NCBI RefSeq assembly: GCF_009914755.1
Contig: NC_060930.1
DNA length: 64,000 nt
From: the human T2T-CHM13v2.0 reference genome, Homo sapiens
Direction: 5' to 3' (one strand)
This document shows, in pieces, positions 42,241 through 61,070 of this stretch. A program made the translations under genes and the position numbers. Within the stretch, counting starts at the first letter, position 1. Every line of letters begins with the position of its first letter. The notes under the pieces are model-generated. The model was not told the DNA's origin, made no database searches, and saw nothing but the letters and a program-made list of their open reading frames with translations.

Positions 42241-45032
42241 ATAGTTATAGGAAATGTCTAAACAAAAGGTAACTACTTTAAAACACCAAGAATATTTGAT
42301 TCAAAAATGTAGATTATTGAATTCACAATTTTTAAAATGTATCATAATAAATACTTGAAAAAATCTTATAAGTGTAAAACTCAGAGTAAATGCAAGTTAA
42401 CATATTAGTTTCAGACAGTTCAAAATACAGAATTTATTATCAGTATTGAAGGATAAACTTAATTGTTTAGGTTTGAATGTCTGGTGTAGAGGAATGGAAA
42501 AATATGGTCAAGATGACATAGAAAATATCCTAGAAGAGTTATAGTATGAGCAAAGTCAAATATTTTTATGACACTAATAATTATTTAAAGTTATCCTGCT
42601 TAACTGCATTCCATTCTGTGAATCAAATTGCCTTATCTTTGTCTTAAAAAAGTTATATTTTCTGTGAATGTTTATAACAACGTTTGATAGTTATTTTCTT
42701 TGCTTAGTCTCTTGGATAAATCAAAGTTTGTATCAGTCTATAATTTATTCTAGGAAATTACCTAATAAAATATAGAGGGTTTTTAAATAATAGTGACAAT
42801 AATTCAAAAGTGTTTTGACAAAATGAAAAATAATAAAATAAATACTTAGCATTTTAAGTAGTTTTGGGACAAACTGAACAGTAATGGATTTATTGAACAC
42901 ATCAATCTGTAAAACAGGTAGACCTTCACTTGATAAAATTGGCTTAACTTTAATAATTTTGATTCTAAAAAAAATCCAGCTCTGCAAGTCTCTGACTGTA
43001 AATTAAGAGAAATTTGATTGATCTCAGAAATATAATACTTTTTTTGTTTAATAAAAGTTTTTTGGTTTAGTGTAAAATGAAGGAATCAGACAATATGGCT
43101 ACAGTTGGTTAAGTCAGAAATAAAGATGCAATATTTTTAATTACTATATATCCCAAAAAGCATATGAATATGAAATATATTTACACAGTAAATAAAATAT
43201 ACCATTGTTAATATTCCAATAAATATTTTGACTTATAGGAAAATGGGTTATTGTGAAATTTAGAGCTACAACTGAGACATTGCCATAACGCCTTGCTACT
43301 GATCCTCTACTGGATAGTTGAGGCTTAAAGGCATATTCTCCACAAAGTCTCCAGGGATGGAAGTACCTCAAGATTTTTAGGTTTGCTTTTACCTAACTAT
43401 TCCTCACAGAATACGTACCTGCCAACATTAATAAGCTTTCTCTTCTGACCAGCACAGCTATTCTCACTGATTCTGCTCTTTGAAAGGGCTCAAGTGACTT
43501 GGGGGCTGAATAGTGACAGAAGTCTCTTTGGGTATAACTTGACCAAATAGTACTTAATGGTAGCTGAGGAACATTCGCATGTGCTCAGTTTATATCATGT
43601 TTTCAGAAAAGTTAAGCCACAGTTTTGTTCTCTGTACAAAATACTGAATATGTGGTATTTTAAAAAATATATTCTTTCATAGTGAGAAGCTCCACAGTGT
43701 TCTTTTGTAAAAGATTTTCTTTTGAGAAATGTTTTAGGTTCACAGCAAAATTAAAAAGAAGGCACAAACATTTCCTCTGTAACCTCTCCCCATACACATG
43801 CATAGCCTCCCACGTTATCAACATCTCCCACCAGAGTAATATATTTGTTACCATTGATAAACCTATATTGACACTTCACCATCACCCAAAATGTATAGTT
43901 TACTTAGGGCTCTCTTTTGCTGTTTTATATTCTACAGGTTTGTAGGAATGTATAATGGCATTGTTTCATCATTATAGTATCATACAGAGTATTTTCATTT
44001 TTCTAAAAATTCTCTCTGCTTCACCTATTCATATCATCTCCTCACTCTAACCCCTGGAAGCCACTGATCTTTTTACATTCTCTGTAGTTTTGCTTTTTCC
44101 AGGTTATGGTATGGATGGAATCATATAGCCTTTTCAGATTTGGTTTGCCGGTATTCACAAAATTACATGCTGGGATTTTGATTGAGAGTGTATCATATCT
44201 ATAGAACAAGTTGGGAGGAACTGGTATCTGAATAATTTTAAGACTTCTTACCCATAAACATGGAATATCTCTTTATTTAGTTCTTCTATGATTTAATCAT
44301 CAGAATTGTGTAGTTTTTCTCATATAGATCTTGAACATGTTCTGTTAGATTTTACCTAAGTATTTTTTTGAATGCTAATTTAAGCGGTATTGTGTTTTTA
44401 ATTTTAATTTCCACTTGTTAACTGCTGGTATATGTGAAAGCAATAGACTTTTATGTATTACCCTTGTATTCTACAACTTTACTATAATTGCTTATTAGTT
44501 CCACAAGTTTCGCGGTCATTGTTGATTCTTTCAGATTTTCTTCATAGATGTTCATGTTATCTGTGAACAAAGACAGTGTTACTGCTTACTTCCCAATCTG
44601 TGTATCCTTTTTTTTTTTCTGGTCTGATTGCATTAGCTAGAACTTCCATTATGATGTTGAAAGAGTAGTTAAGAGTGGACATTTTTTCCATACCTAATCT
44701 TAATGCAAAAGATTTGAATTTCTCACAATTATGTGTCATGTTACTTGTATGTTTCCTGTACATGTTCTTTATCAAGTTGAGAAAGTTTCCTTCTATTCTT
44801 AGTTTACTGAGAGTTGGGTTTTTTTTTAATCATGAGTGGGAGTTGTGTTTTGCCAAATGCTTTTTCTGCATCAATTGGTATGATCATATGATTTTTTTTA
44901 GATGTTAATGTGATGGATTATATTAATAGATTTTGGAATGTTGAATCAGTTTTGCATAGGGATAAATCCCACTGGATTTGGTGTATAATTCTTTCTCAAC
45001 ATTGGATTTGATTGCTAGTATTTTGTTGAGAA

Positions 45033-45265
45033 TTTTTTTGTTTTGATATAGGGTCTCACTCTGTTACCCAGACTGGAGTGCAGTGGTGAGATCACAGCTC
45101 ACTGCATCCTTGACCTTTCAGGCTCAGGAGATCCACCCTCCTCAGCCCCAACAAGTATCTGGGACTTTGGGCATGTACCACAATGCCTAGCCATTTTAAA
45201 AAAAATTGTGTAGTGGTAGAGTCTTACAATATTGCCCAGGCAATTGCCCACTCCTGGGCTCAAGA
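45033..45265 (-). mobile_element. AluJ, 5'-truncated
   Basis: agggtctcactctgttacccagactggagtgcagtggtgagatcacagctcactgcatccttgacc...ggctcagg. Confidence 0.9.
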
Positions 45266-46791
45266 GTGCTGAGGAGTTTTGCATCTATGTTTATGTATCT
45301 ACATCTATTTAGCTGTAGTTTTTGTAAATTCGTTGGTTTTGTTATTAGAAAACAGTCCCTTTGCTGCTATCCTCTAAAAGAGACTGTAGAAGATTGATAT
45401 AATTTCTTCCTTAACTGTTTGGTAAAATTTATTATTAAACCCATCTGGGCCTGGTGGTTTTTGTTTGGGAAGTTATTAACTATGGATTCAATGTCTTTAA
45501 TAGATGTAAGTCTGTTCAAAGTTGTCAATTTCTCCTTGTGTGAGTTTTGGTAGCTTATGTCTTTTAAGGAATTGATCCGTTTTATCGAAGTTATGAAATT
45601 TATGGGTGAAGAGTTCCTAATAGCATGCATTTATGATCCTTTTAATGTCCATACGATCTATTGTAATGTCACCATTTTCATTTCTGATATCAGCAATTTT
45701 TATTCTCTCTTATTTTAATCTTACCAAAGACTAGTCAATGTTTTTTTATCTTTTAAATACCAGTTGTTTTTATTGATCATTAATTTCCTGTTTTCAATTT
45801 TATTTCTTCTCTGTTTTTTCTTATTTTTCTTATACTTACTTTGTGTTTAATTTGCTCTTCTTTTTTCTAGTTTACTATGGTAGGAATTTATATTATTGAC
45901 TTTAGATCTTTTCTTCTAAGCATGATTTTTGCTGGATCCTACAAATTTTACTAAGTTGTGTCATATTTTCACTTAGTAAATATTTTAAACTTCTCTTGAC
46001 ATTTCTTTGACTTATGTCTTATTTAAAAGTGTGTTCTTTGTTTAACCTCCACATATTTTGCAATTTTTCAGTTAGCTTTCTGTTATTGATTTCTAGTTTA
46101 ATTTATTTGTAGTCTGAATATAGGTATTGCTTGATTTCTACTCTTTTAATTTTGGTAAAGTTTGTTTTATGGCCCAGCATGTAGTCTACCTTCATGAATG
46201 ATTCATGCAAGCTTGAGAAGAATGTGTATTCTGCTATTGTTGGATGAAGTAATCTATAGATGTTCATTATAGATTACTGTCTATAATGTCTAGTTGATTG
46301 ATGGTGTTGTTGAGTTTAATTATGAACTCATTGAAATTCTGCTTGCCAGATCTGCCCATTTTTGATGAAGTCATATCGAAGTCCCCAAGTATATTAGTGG
46401 ATTCATCTATTTCTCCTTGAAGTTCTATCAATTTTTGCCTCACACAGTTTCATGCTCTGTTGTTAGGCACATACACATTAAGTCATTATATAATGCCCTT
46501 TTTTATCTGTGATAAGTTTCCTTTCTTTGAAGTCAGCTCTATTTGAAAATAATATAGCTACTCTGTTTTTTTATATATATATTTTTTATTATACTTTAAG
46601 TTCTAGGGTACATGTGCACAACGTGCAGGTTTGTTACATATGTATACATGAGGCATGTTGGTGTGCTGCACCCATTAACTCATCATTTACATTAGGTATA
46701 TCTCCTAATGCTATCCCTCCCCTCTTCCCCCACCCCACAACAGGCCCTGGTGTGTGATGTTCCAATTCCTGTATCCAAGTGTTTTCATTGT

Positions 46792-50609
<3,818 letters not shown>

Positions 50610-50672
50610 TATGATGTTAGCTGGTTATTTTGCTCGTTAGTTGATGCAGTTTCTTCCTAGCATTGATGGTCT

Positions 50673-51686
50673 TTACAATTTGGCATGTTTTTTCAATGGC
50701 TGGTACTGGTTGTTCCTTTCCATGTTTAGTGCTTTCTTCAGGAGCTCTTTTAGGGAAGGCCTGGTGGTGACAAAATCTCTCTGCATTTGCTTGTCTGTAA
50801 AGGATTTTATTTCTGTTTTACTTATGAAGCTTATTTTGGCTGGATATGAAATTCTGGTTTGAAAATTCTTTTCTTCAAGAATGTTGAATATTGGTCCCCA
50901 CTCTCTTCTGGCTTGTAGAGTTTCTGCTGAGAGACCAGCTGTTAGTGTGATGGGCTTCCCTTTGTGGGTAACCCGACCTTTCTCTCTGGCTGCCCTTAAC
51001 ATTTTTTCCTTCATTTCAACTTTGGTGAATCTGACAATTATGTTTCTTGGAGTTGCTCTTCTCGAGGAGTATCTTAGTGGTGTTCTCTGTATTTCCTGAA
51101 TTTGAATGTTGGCCTGCCTTGCTAGATTGGGGAAGTTCTCCTGGATAATATCCTGCAGAGTGTTTTCCAACTTGGTTCCATTCTCCCCATCACTTTCAGG
51201 TACACCAATCAGACGTAGATTTGGTCTTTTCACATACTCCCATATTTCTTGGAGGCGTTGTTCATTTCTTTTTATTCTTTTTTCTCTAAACTTCTCTTCT
51301 TGCTTCATTTCATTCATTTGATCTTCAATCACTGATACCATTTCTTCCAGTTGATCAAATTGGCTACTGAAGCTTGTGCATTCATCACGTAGTTCTCGTG
51401 CCATGGTTTTGAGCTTCATCAGGTCCTTTAAGGACTTCTCTGCATTGGTTATTCTAGTTAGCCATTCGTCTAATCTTTTTTCAAGGTTTTTAACTTCTTT
51501 GCGATGGGTTCAAACTTCCTCCTTTAGCTCGGAGAAGTTTGATCGTCTGAAGCCTTCTCTCAACTTGTCAAAGTTGTTCTCTGTCCAGCTTTGTTCTGTT
51601 GCTGGTGCAGAGCTGTGTTCCTTTGGAGAAGGAGTGGCACTCTGATTTTTAGAATTTTCAGTTTTTCTGTTCTGTTTTTTCCCCAT
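50673..51686 (-). pseudogene. L1 ORF1p with one premature stop
   Basis: MGKKQNRKT start at 51686; TGA at 51512-51510; the same frame continues as the 248-aa ORF with YVKRPNLR, ARREW and YPAKISF motifs. Confidence 0.95.
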
Positions 51687-52706
51687 CTTTGTCATTTTAT
51701 CTACCTTTGGTCTTTGATGATGGTGACGTACAGAGGGGTTTTAATGTGAATGTCCTTTCTGTTTGTTAGTTTTCCTTCTAACAGTCAGGACCCTCAGTTG
51801 CAGGTCTGTTGGAGTTTGCTGGAGGTCCACTCCAGACCCTGTTTGCCTGGGTATCAGCAGCAGAGGCTGCAGAACAGCCAATATTGCTGAACAGCAAATG
51901 TTGCTGTCTGATCCTTCCTCTGGAGGTTTCATCTCAGAGGGGTACCCGGCCTTGTGAGGTATCAGTCTGCCCCTACTGGGGGGTGCCTCCCTGTTAGGCT
52001 ACTTGGGGGTCAGGGACCCACTTGAGGAAGTCTGTCCTTTCTCAGATCTCAAGCTGCATGCTGGGAGAACCACTACTCTCTTCAAAGCTGTCAGACAGGG
52101 ACATTTAAGTCTGCAGAGGTTTCTGCTGCCTTTTGTTTGGCTATGCCCTGCCCCCAGAGGTAGAGTCTACAGAGGCAGGCAGGCCTCCTTGAACTGTGGT
52201 GGGCTCCACCCAGTTCAAGCTTCCCGGCCGCTTTGTTTACCAACTCAAGCCTCAGTAATGGTGGGCACCCCTCCCCCAGCCTAGCTGCTGCCTTGCAGTT
52301 CGATCTCAGACTGCTGTGCTAGCAATGAGCAAGGATCCGTGGGCATGGGACCCTCTGAGCCATGCGCGGGATATAATCTCCTGGTGTGCCATTTGCTAAG
52401 ACCATTGGAAAAGCTCAGTATTAGGGTGAGAGTGACCCGATTTTCAGGTGCCGTCTTTCACAGCTTTGCTTGGCTATGAAAGGGAATTCCCTGACCCCCT
52501 GCACTTCACGGATGAGGCAATGCCTTGCCCTGCTTTGGCTAACACTCGGTGCACTGCACCCACCGTCCTGTACTCACTGTCTGACAAGCCCCAGTGAGAT
52601 GAACCCGGTACCTCAGTTGGAAATGCAGAAATCACCTGTCTTCTGCGTCGCTCACCCTGGGAGCTGTAGACTGGAGCTGTTCCTATTCAGCCATCTTGGA
52701 ACCCTA
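51687..52706 (-). promoter_or_regulatory. L1 5' UTR internal promoter region (sense and antisense promoters); YY1 site near the 5' end
   Basis: YY1 motif gccatcttg at ~52690-52698; CpGs largely decayed, so activity is doubtful. Confidence 0.7.
52258..52284 (+). pseudogene. L1 ORF0 remnant (antisense 5' UTR ORF), stop after 8 codons
   Basis: atggtgggcacccctcccccagcctag = MVGTPPPA*, at the position of ORF0 (MAGAPPPASLPPCS...); downstream ccttgcagttcgatctcagactgctgtgctagcaat is still recognisable. Confidence 0.75.
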
Positions 52707-53267
52707 CCTCTACTGTTTTTTTTAAAAAATTCATGTTGGCTTGGTCTATCTTTTTCCATCTAGTTCTTTTAATCTCTATGTGTCTTTATATTTAAAATGG
52801 GTTTCCTATAGGCAAGATTTGGGTTTTATTTTTTGATCCACTCTCATAATCTCTATATTTCAATTAGTGCATTTAGATCATTGATTTTCTAAGTGATTGT
52901 TTATATAATTGGATTAATATCTACCACATTTGGTACTGTTTTCTATTTGAAAACCTTTGTTCTTTCTTATGTCTTCCACTCTTTTTCTTCCCTTTGTGGT
53001 TTTAATTGAGCATTTTATATGATTTCATTTTTCTCCTTTCTTAGCATAATATATATATTCCTTTTCTCAATATAATATTTGCTCTAGAATTTGCAATATA
53101 CACTTACAATTAATTCATGTTTACTTTCAAATAACCTTATCCTGATTCATAGGTACTGTTACCACCTTTTAATAACAAAATAATTATAATTCCTTCCTCT
53201 CATCTTTTATATCATTGTCATTCATTTCACTTATATACAAGTGTATACACACAAACACACACATAAA

Positions 53268-53565
53268 CAAGCATCCCCCCATATCCATGCATTCTGCATC
53301 TGTGAATTCAAACAACCATGAATCAAAACTATTTTTAAAAACAATAAAAATGAAAATACAAAAAAAAGTAGAACAACTATTTACATTTATTTACATTATC
53401 TTAGGTATTATAAGTAATCCAGAGACAATTTGAAGTATATGGGAGGATGTGTTAGGTTTTATAGAAATGCTACATCATTTTATATGAGAGACTTGAGCAT
53501 TCATAGTTTTTGGCATCTGTGGGAGGTCCTACAACCAATCGCCTGTTAATACTGAGGAATGACTG
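53268..53565 (-). mobile_element. MER2 (TcMar-Tigger) DNA transposon
   Basis: ttaggtattataagtaatccagag...gggaggatgtg...gacttgagcat...aaccaatc...atactgaggaatgactg. Confidence 0.9.
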
Positions 53566-55008
53566 CATATAAACATACATAAGTGAATACATTGGTGCTA
53601 TTATAATTTTGAACAAACTCTTATTAGATCAATCAAAAATAAGAAATATAAAAGTTTTTAATTTATCTTCACTTACTCTTTTTGTGATACTCTTCCTTTC
53701 CTTAAGTAGATCCAAATTTTTGACCTATATTTTTGCCTTACAAACATTTTAACATCTCTTGCAAGACAGGTCCACTGGCAACAAATTATCTCATCTTTGT
53801 TTCGTCTGAGAAATAATTTCTTTTTCTTAGACTTTTAAACGTTAACGTCATAGAGTACAGAATTCTAGATTAGTGTTTTTTTTCTCTAACACTTTAAATA
53901 TTTCACTTCATTTGCATGGTTTCTGAGAAGCCAGATATGATTTTTATTTTTGTTCCTCTATACATGTTTTATTCTCACTTAACTTTTCAAAAAATATTCA
54001 TCTTTGAATTACTGTAGTTTAAAAGTTATATGCCTAGGTATAATTTTTTGGCATTTATTCTGCTTGATGTTCTCTGAGCTTCCTGGATCTGTGGTTTGGT
54101 GTATGACGATAATTTGGGGAAATTCTCAGTCATTATTGTTTCAAACATTTCTCTGCTCCTTTTTCTTTTTTTCATATTTTTGTATTCCCATTACACGTTT
54201 CAACTTTTGTAGTCAATCCACAGTCCTTACAAACTCTGTTGTTTTTTTTTTTTTGAGTCTTTGTTTGCTTTGCTTTTCAAAATTTCTATTGCCATGACTT
54301 TCAATTCTTTCTTCCCTCAGCCATGTCTAGCCTACTAATAAGTCCATCTAAGGAATTCTTCATTTCTGTTACAGTGTTTTTGGTCTCTGGCATTACTTTG
54401 TGGTTCTAAGTGTTTCTATTACTCTGATTACGTTGCCAATCTGTTCTTGCATGTGGTCTATTATACTCGTGAGAGCCTACAGAGTATTTATCATAGTAGT
54501 TTTAAATTCCTGATCTGATAATTCCAATATCCCTGCCATGTCTGCTTCTGATGCTTGTTCTGTCTTTCAGATTGTGGTTTTTTTTGCCTTTTGACATGCT
54601 TTTTAATTTTTTATTGATAGCTGATATGATATACTAGCTAAAATGAACTGCTGTAAATAGGCCTTTAGAAGTCTGCTCGTGAAGTGTGGGAGAGAATGAA
54701 AGTGATTCATAGTTAATTAGGTCTCAGTCTTTTTGTGAGCCTATGGTCCAGATTATGAACTTTCACAAGTGTTTACCAGTTTTCTAAATTATTATTATTA
54801 TTTTTTTATTTTATTTTATTTTATTTTTATTTTCCATTAGGCAGCAGAGGATGGCTAGTGTAGGCTAGAGCTGGGTATTTCCTTTCTCTCATATGGAAAC
54901 CTAGAGTTGACTGGAATTGAGTATTTCCTTTCTATCAGGTCCCTTAGGCTCTGATAATACCCAGCCTTTTAGGCAATTATTAACTTATTCTTTTCCCTGA
55001 AATTAGGT

Positions 55009-55350
55009 CAATATTGCCCCAATCCCCTGGCCATGGACTGGTACTGGTCTGCGGCCTATTAGGAACCAGGCTGCACAGCAGGAGGTGGCTGGTGGGGCAG
55101 CAAGCATTCCTGCCTGAGTTCTTCCTCCCGTTAGATCAGTGGTGGTATTAGACTCTCATAGGATCTGGAACCCTATAGTGAACTGCACATGCGAGGGATC
55201 TAGGTTGCACTCTCCTTATGAGAATCTAACTACTGCCTGATGATCTGAGGTGGAGCAGTTTCATCCTGAAACCATCCCCCACACCCCATCTGTGGAAAAG
55301 TGGTCTTCCATGAAACCAGTCCCTGATGCCAAAAAGGTTGGGGGCCACAG
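55009..55350 (+). mobile_element. MER1B (hAT-Charlie)
   Basis: ccccaatcccctggccatggactggtactggtc...cacagcaggaggtg...gcgagggatctaggttgc...gccaaaaaggttgggggccacag followed by the hAT target-like ttctagag. Confidence 0.92.
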
Positions 55351-56984
55351 TTCTAGAGCATTTCAACATGATTTCTTTTTCCTTTCCATTTTCCATTGCA
55401 AGGATGAGGGGATTTTTCTCTGATATTTACTGTGAGAACCTGGTTGAACTTCTGGAGGTAAGTCTCGCAAAAGTGTGCCCCATCCCATAAGTCAGTACTC
55501 CTGGAGTTTCTGGCTTTCAGACTTGTCCACAATGAGCCTTCAACAATGTATTAATTACAGCTCAGGTTTTCCTACTTGAGCACTGGCTCCAGCTGCAGTT
55601 TCTGCTAGTGAGTCTCTGCTTCAGTAAGTTGTGATTTCTGGTATTCACCTACTTCTCTCTACAATCTTGGATGCTAAGATTTGCCCTACCTTATCAATTA
55701 TTTTACAGATCCTAGAAAAGTTGTTGATTTTGCAGTTTGTTCAGATTTTTACTTGCTGTTAGAACAGAGTGTTAACTTCCAAGCTCCTTACATGTGGAAC
55801 TGAAAACTGGAAGTCTTGTAATGTTCATTTTTAACAGATCGCACCAGTACCAAAAAAAAAAAATGCAGAATTATAGGAGACACTTACTGTAAGTTCTTAG
55901 CATTTCCTCCCTGCCACAAACACAATCACATGTGTACAGTTACTCTATACAAAAATATTTCTTGATTTTTAATAGCCTTTAAAATATGTATATGTTTTTA
56001 TGCATTCCAGTGTAGTTTAAAGAACAATAAAAATGTAACATTGTGTATATCATTAAGGAATTGTTCTAAAAATTCTTCTTTTCTACAATTTATTCATTAT
56101 TTTTAATGTGGAATTTCACACTATGCTGAAAGTTATGAATAATATACATATATATGGTCATATGCTATAATTATAAACAAATTCATTTCTATGCATAGAT
56201 AAAACATTACAAAACACATTTAAAAATTAACAGTGATAACTTCTGAATTGACTACAACGTGATTTTTTCCTTTCCGTTTTATACTTTCTAATATGTTGGA
56301 ATTTTGTGCAATTATATTACTTTTATAATAAAAAGAAAACTATTTGAAAATGTGAAAGTAAAATATTTCTAACGCAATTGGGCATGTAACTCCACAAATG
56401 GGCTTGAGTAAACAAAATACAGAAAAAAATATGCTCCACTCTTGAGATATTCTAAAAACCTGGTTGTTTTCTCACCAACTTACACTTTTTAAAAATTTGA
56501 AATATTTTATTTATTTACATCTTTATTTATTAAACATTTTGCAGCATGTTTCATGTGAAAAGTATTTGACAATTCTAACAACACTAATAAAACCTATTCG
56601 GTTTTTATCTAAAATTTATTTCCTATGTTTTCTAAAGAACTAGTTATAAAAAGGGGGTGGGGTGTTAACTTTCAATGTTCATATTGTTGAGTTTAGTAAT
56701 TATTATCTTCAAACTGCAATCTAAAATAACTGTGTACCTAATTTTGGTAGTTTGTTTTCTTAGCTATACAACATGAAAGTCCACGGTTATCTATCATTAC
56801 ATTCATTAAAACTAACACAGTTCCAGCAAATAGCAATTTCTTAAAACAAAGGTTTGTTCAATAAATATTTTTTCAAACATTTTATCCTAAGCTATTCATA
56901 ACTCCAAAATGTCTGGAAATATTCAATTTCTAATATACACATACTTTTTGTTAAGTTTTCCAGAATCACAAAAACAAATGTTCA

Positions 56985-58140
56985 GATAAAATTATGTACA
57001 GTGAAATGCACAGATTTTAAGATTACAATTCAAAGAGTTTTGATTAATGTATCAAACCACATAACTCCTACTTCAAACAATATATAGAACAAATTCTCTC
57101 ATTCTCCCATTTAGTCCTATAGACAATCCCTTCTCTTATTTCTATTACAATTGAGTAGTTTTCCCTGCTGTTAAAATTTATGTAAATGGAATCATATAGG
57201 TCATACTATTTTGTGTCTGGATTCTTTCATGTAACATAATATATTTTCAAATTGACCCATGTTAGTGCTTGTTCAACTATTCTTACTTCTTTTTTATTGC
57301 TGAATAATATTCCATTATCTGACTGCACTACATTTTGTTCATTCATTCTCTTGTTGATGGATATTTGGGCTGTTTCAAATACTGGACTCTTTCAAATAAA
57401 GATGCTGAGAGCATTCTTGTACAATTTTTTTTGTTAATATACATTTATTATTCTTTGATAATTATCTAGTTGAGGTATTGCTGAGGAGGTGGATATGTAA
57501 CTTTTTAAGAAAATGCTAAGCTGTTTCCCAGAGATGTGGTGTATTTTTACTTTCATATCTAGGTGTATGAGAGTTCCAGTTTTTCCACATCCTTGACAAC
57601 ACTTGGTGGTGTCAGTCTTGTTAATTTTAACCATTCTAATGGTTGTAAAATGGTATTGCATTGTGTTTTTAATGTTATTTTCCCTGATTTGCTTTTTGAT
57701 CATTTGCATATGTTCTTTTAATAAATGTCTGTCCAAAACCTTTGCCCATTTGAAAAAACTCTGTTTTATATAATTATTATACTTTAAATTTTAGGGTACA
57801 TGTGCACAACGTGCAGGTTTGTTACATATGTATACATGTGCCATGCTGGTGTGCTGCACCCATTAACTCATCATTTAACATTAGGTATATCTCCTAATGC
57901 TACCTCTCCCCCCTCCCCCCCACCCCACAACAGGCCCCGGGGTGTGATGTTCCCCTTCCTGTGTCCATGTGTTCTCATTGTTCAATTCCCACCTATGAGT
58001 GAGAACATGCGGTGTTTGGTTTTTTGTCCTTGTGATAGTTTGCTGAGAATGATGGAAAAAACTCTTTTTGGTAGCAATTTGTGTTTTTATTTTTGTTATT
58101 GATTTGTAGGATTTTTTTTATTTTCCAGATAGAAGTTCAA
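56985..58140 (-). mobile_element. Old L1M 3' fragment, split by a short L1PA
   Basis: cagtgaaatgcacagattttaag...gtaaatggaatcata...; ORF 57434-57736 resembles a degenerate ORF2 C-terminus. Confidence 0.8.
57763..58054 (-). mobile_element. 5'-truncated L1PA3/4-type 3' end
   Basis: attatactttaaattttagggtacatgtgcacaacgtgc...tgctgagaatgatg; 11-bp TSD gaaaaaactct at 57752-57762 and 58055-58065. Confidence 0.93.
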
Positions 58141-58277
58141 GTCAAATAATTCTGCCATAAATGAGAGTTTTGCTGTGCTGCCTACATCAATGTTTCAGAG
58201 CACATTACATCTTGTTTAAAAAGTCTAACCTTGATAAGTAAAAGCAGCAGCTATTGCTTTTCCCTTTATTACTTTTT

Positions 58278-59831
<1,554 letters not shown>

Positions 59832-60589
59832 AAAACAAAATTGATTTTATTTGTCCAATCATTGGTATCATTTTGCATAATTTTACTTAAATACTTAGTC
59901 AAAATTTCAATTCAAATGACAGCTCATCCAGATACTTGGAGGGCACCAATGGTTGTACCTGCTTTCTTAACAGCAATCCATTCCTATTTTATTAAAATTG
60001 TTTTGGCTCAAGGATTTGGGAACCTGGGAGATTTATTATTTTATTTTATTAATTTACATTTTATATGTTAGAATTCTATTAATTATCTCCCACAGGCACA
60101 AGTAGATTTTCCTGTAGTATATTTTCGTATTAATCTTCACTCTTTCTGGAGTAATCTATACCACGTTTTGAAGCCAAAAGGTAATTTATGTGTTCAGTTC
60201 CTGGGTATTCCAAGAACATCTTGGCTATGATCTTAGTCTAGGTGTCTATTTTCTGAATATTTTTATTTTTCCATAAGTTTGTATTACATATAACCCACAA
60301 AAGTTTGAGTCTGCTTTTTTTAACATTGAAGCTAGACTTAACATAATTTATATCCAATAAAATTTAAATCTGACACAACCAAAATTAACTGAAAAGAAGT
60401 TTAGAATTTATTTAAAATCTCTTAAATAATGTTGAAGTATGTTTCACTCAAATGCACATCAAATTTTTTTGGGAAACATTTTATTTTGTCTATTCTGTCA
60501 CTAATAACAGCTGTCTCCAAAATCTTTCTCCAACTTTGATCCATCTCCCTTAAACTACCTTCTACTTAGATGCTCAAGCTATTTATGAG

Positions 60590-61070
60590 TCTTGCATTGT
60601 TATAATAATGTTGCAAAGCAATAACTATCAGACTTCAGGCATATAAACAATAAATATGCTTTAGTTGACAAAGCTGAGGGCTTTATTAAATTTGGGCTGT
60701 GCTTTCCCATGCATCTATGTTTGGCTACAAGTCAGCTAGGTGGCTTTGCTGGTCTTGGCTGCACTTATTGATCAATCTAAAGTGATCTTGACTAGGATGG
60801 CTAAGGGAACTTGGGTCTGTTACATATGACTCATCCTTTAGCAGTTTCACCCAGACAGGCTTTTTTCATGGTGATAGCAGAAGCCAAGAACTATCAAACC
60901 AATTGCACATGTGCTTTTCAAGTCTCTACTTTCATTACGTGCAACATTTTATTGCCCAAAATATATCACATGGCAGAGCCAAACATCGGAATCAAAGTTA
61001 GAGTTAAAAGCAATGAGTCTCATTGTAGGTAGGAGAAAACTGGGGCCATTAATTCAAGCAATCTACAAAA
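60590..61070 (-). mobile_element. Old MLT1-like MaLR LTR
   Basis: caataactatc...cttcagg...taaacaataaatat...cacatgtgcttttcaagtctct...ttattgcccaaa...tcacatggcagagccaaacatc. Confidence 0.6.
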
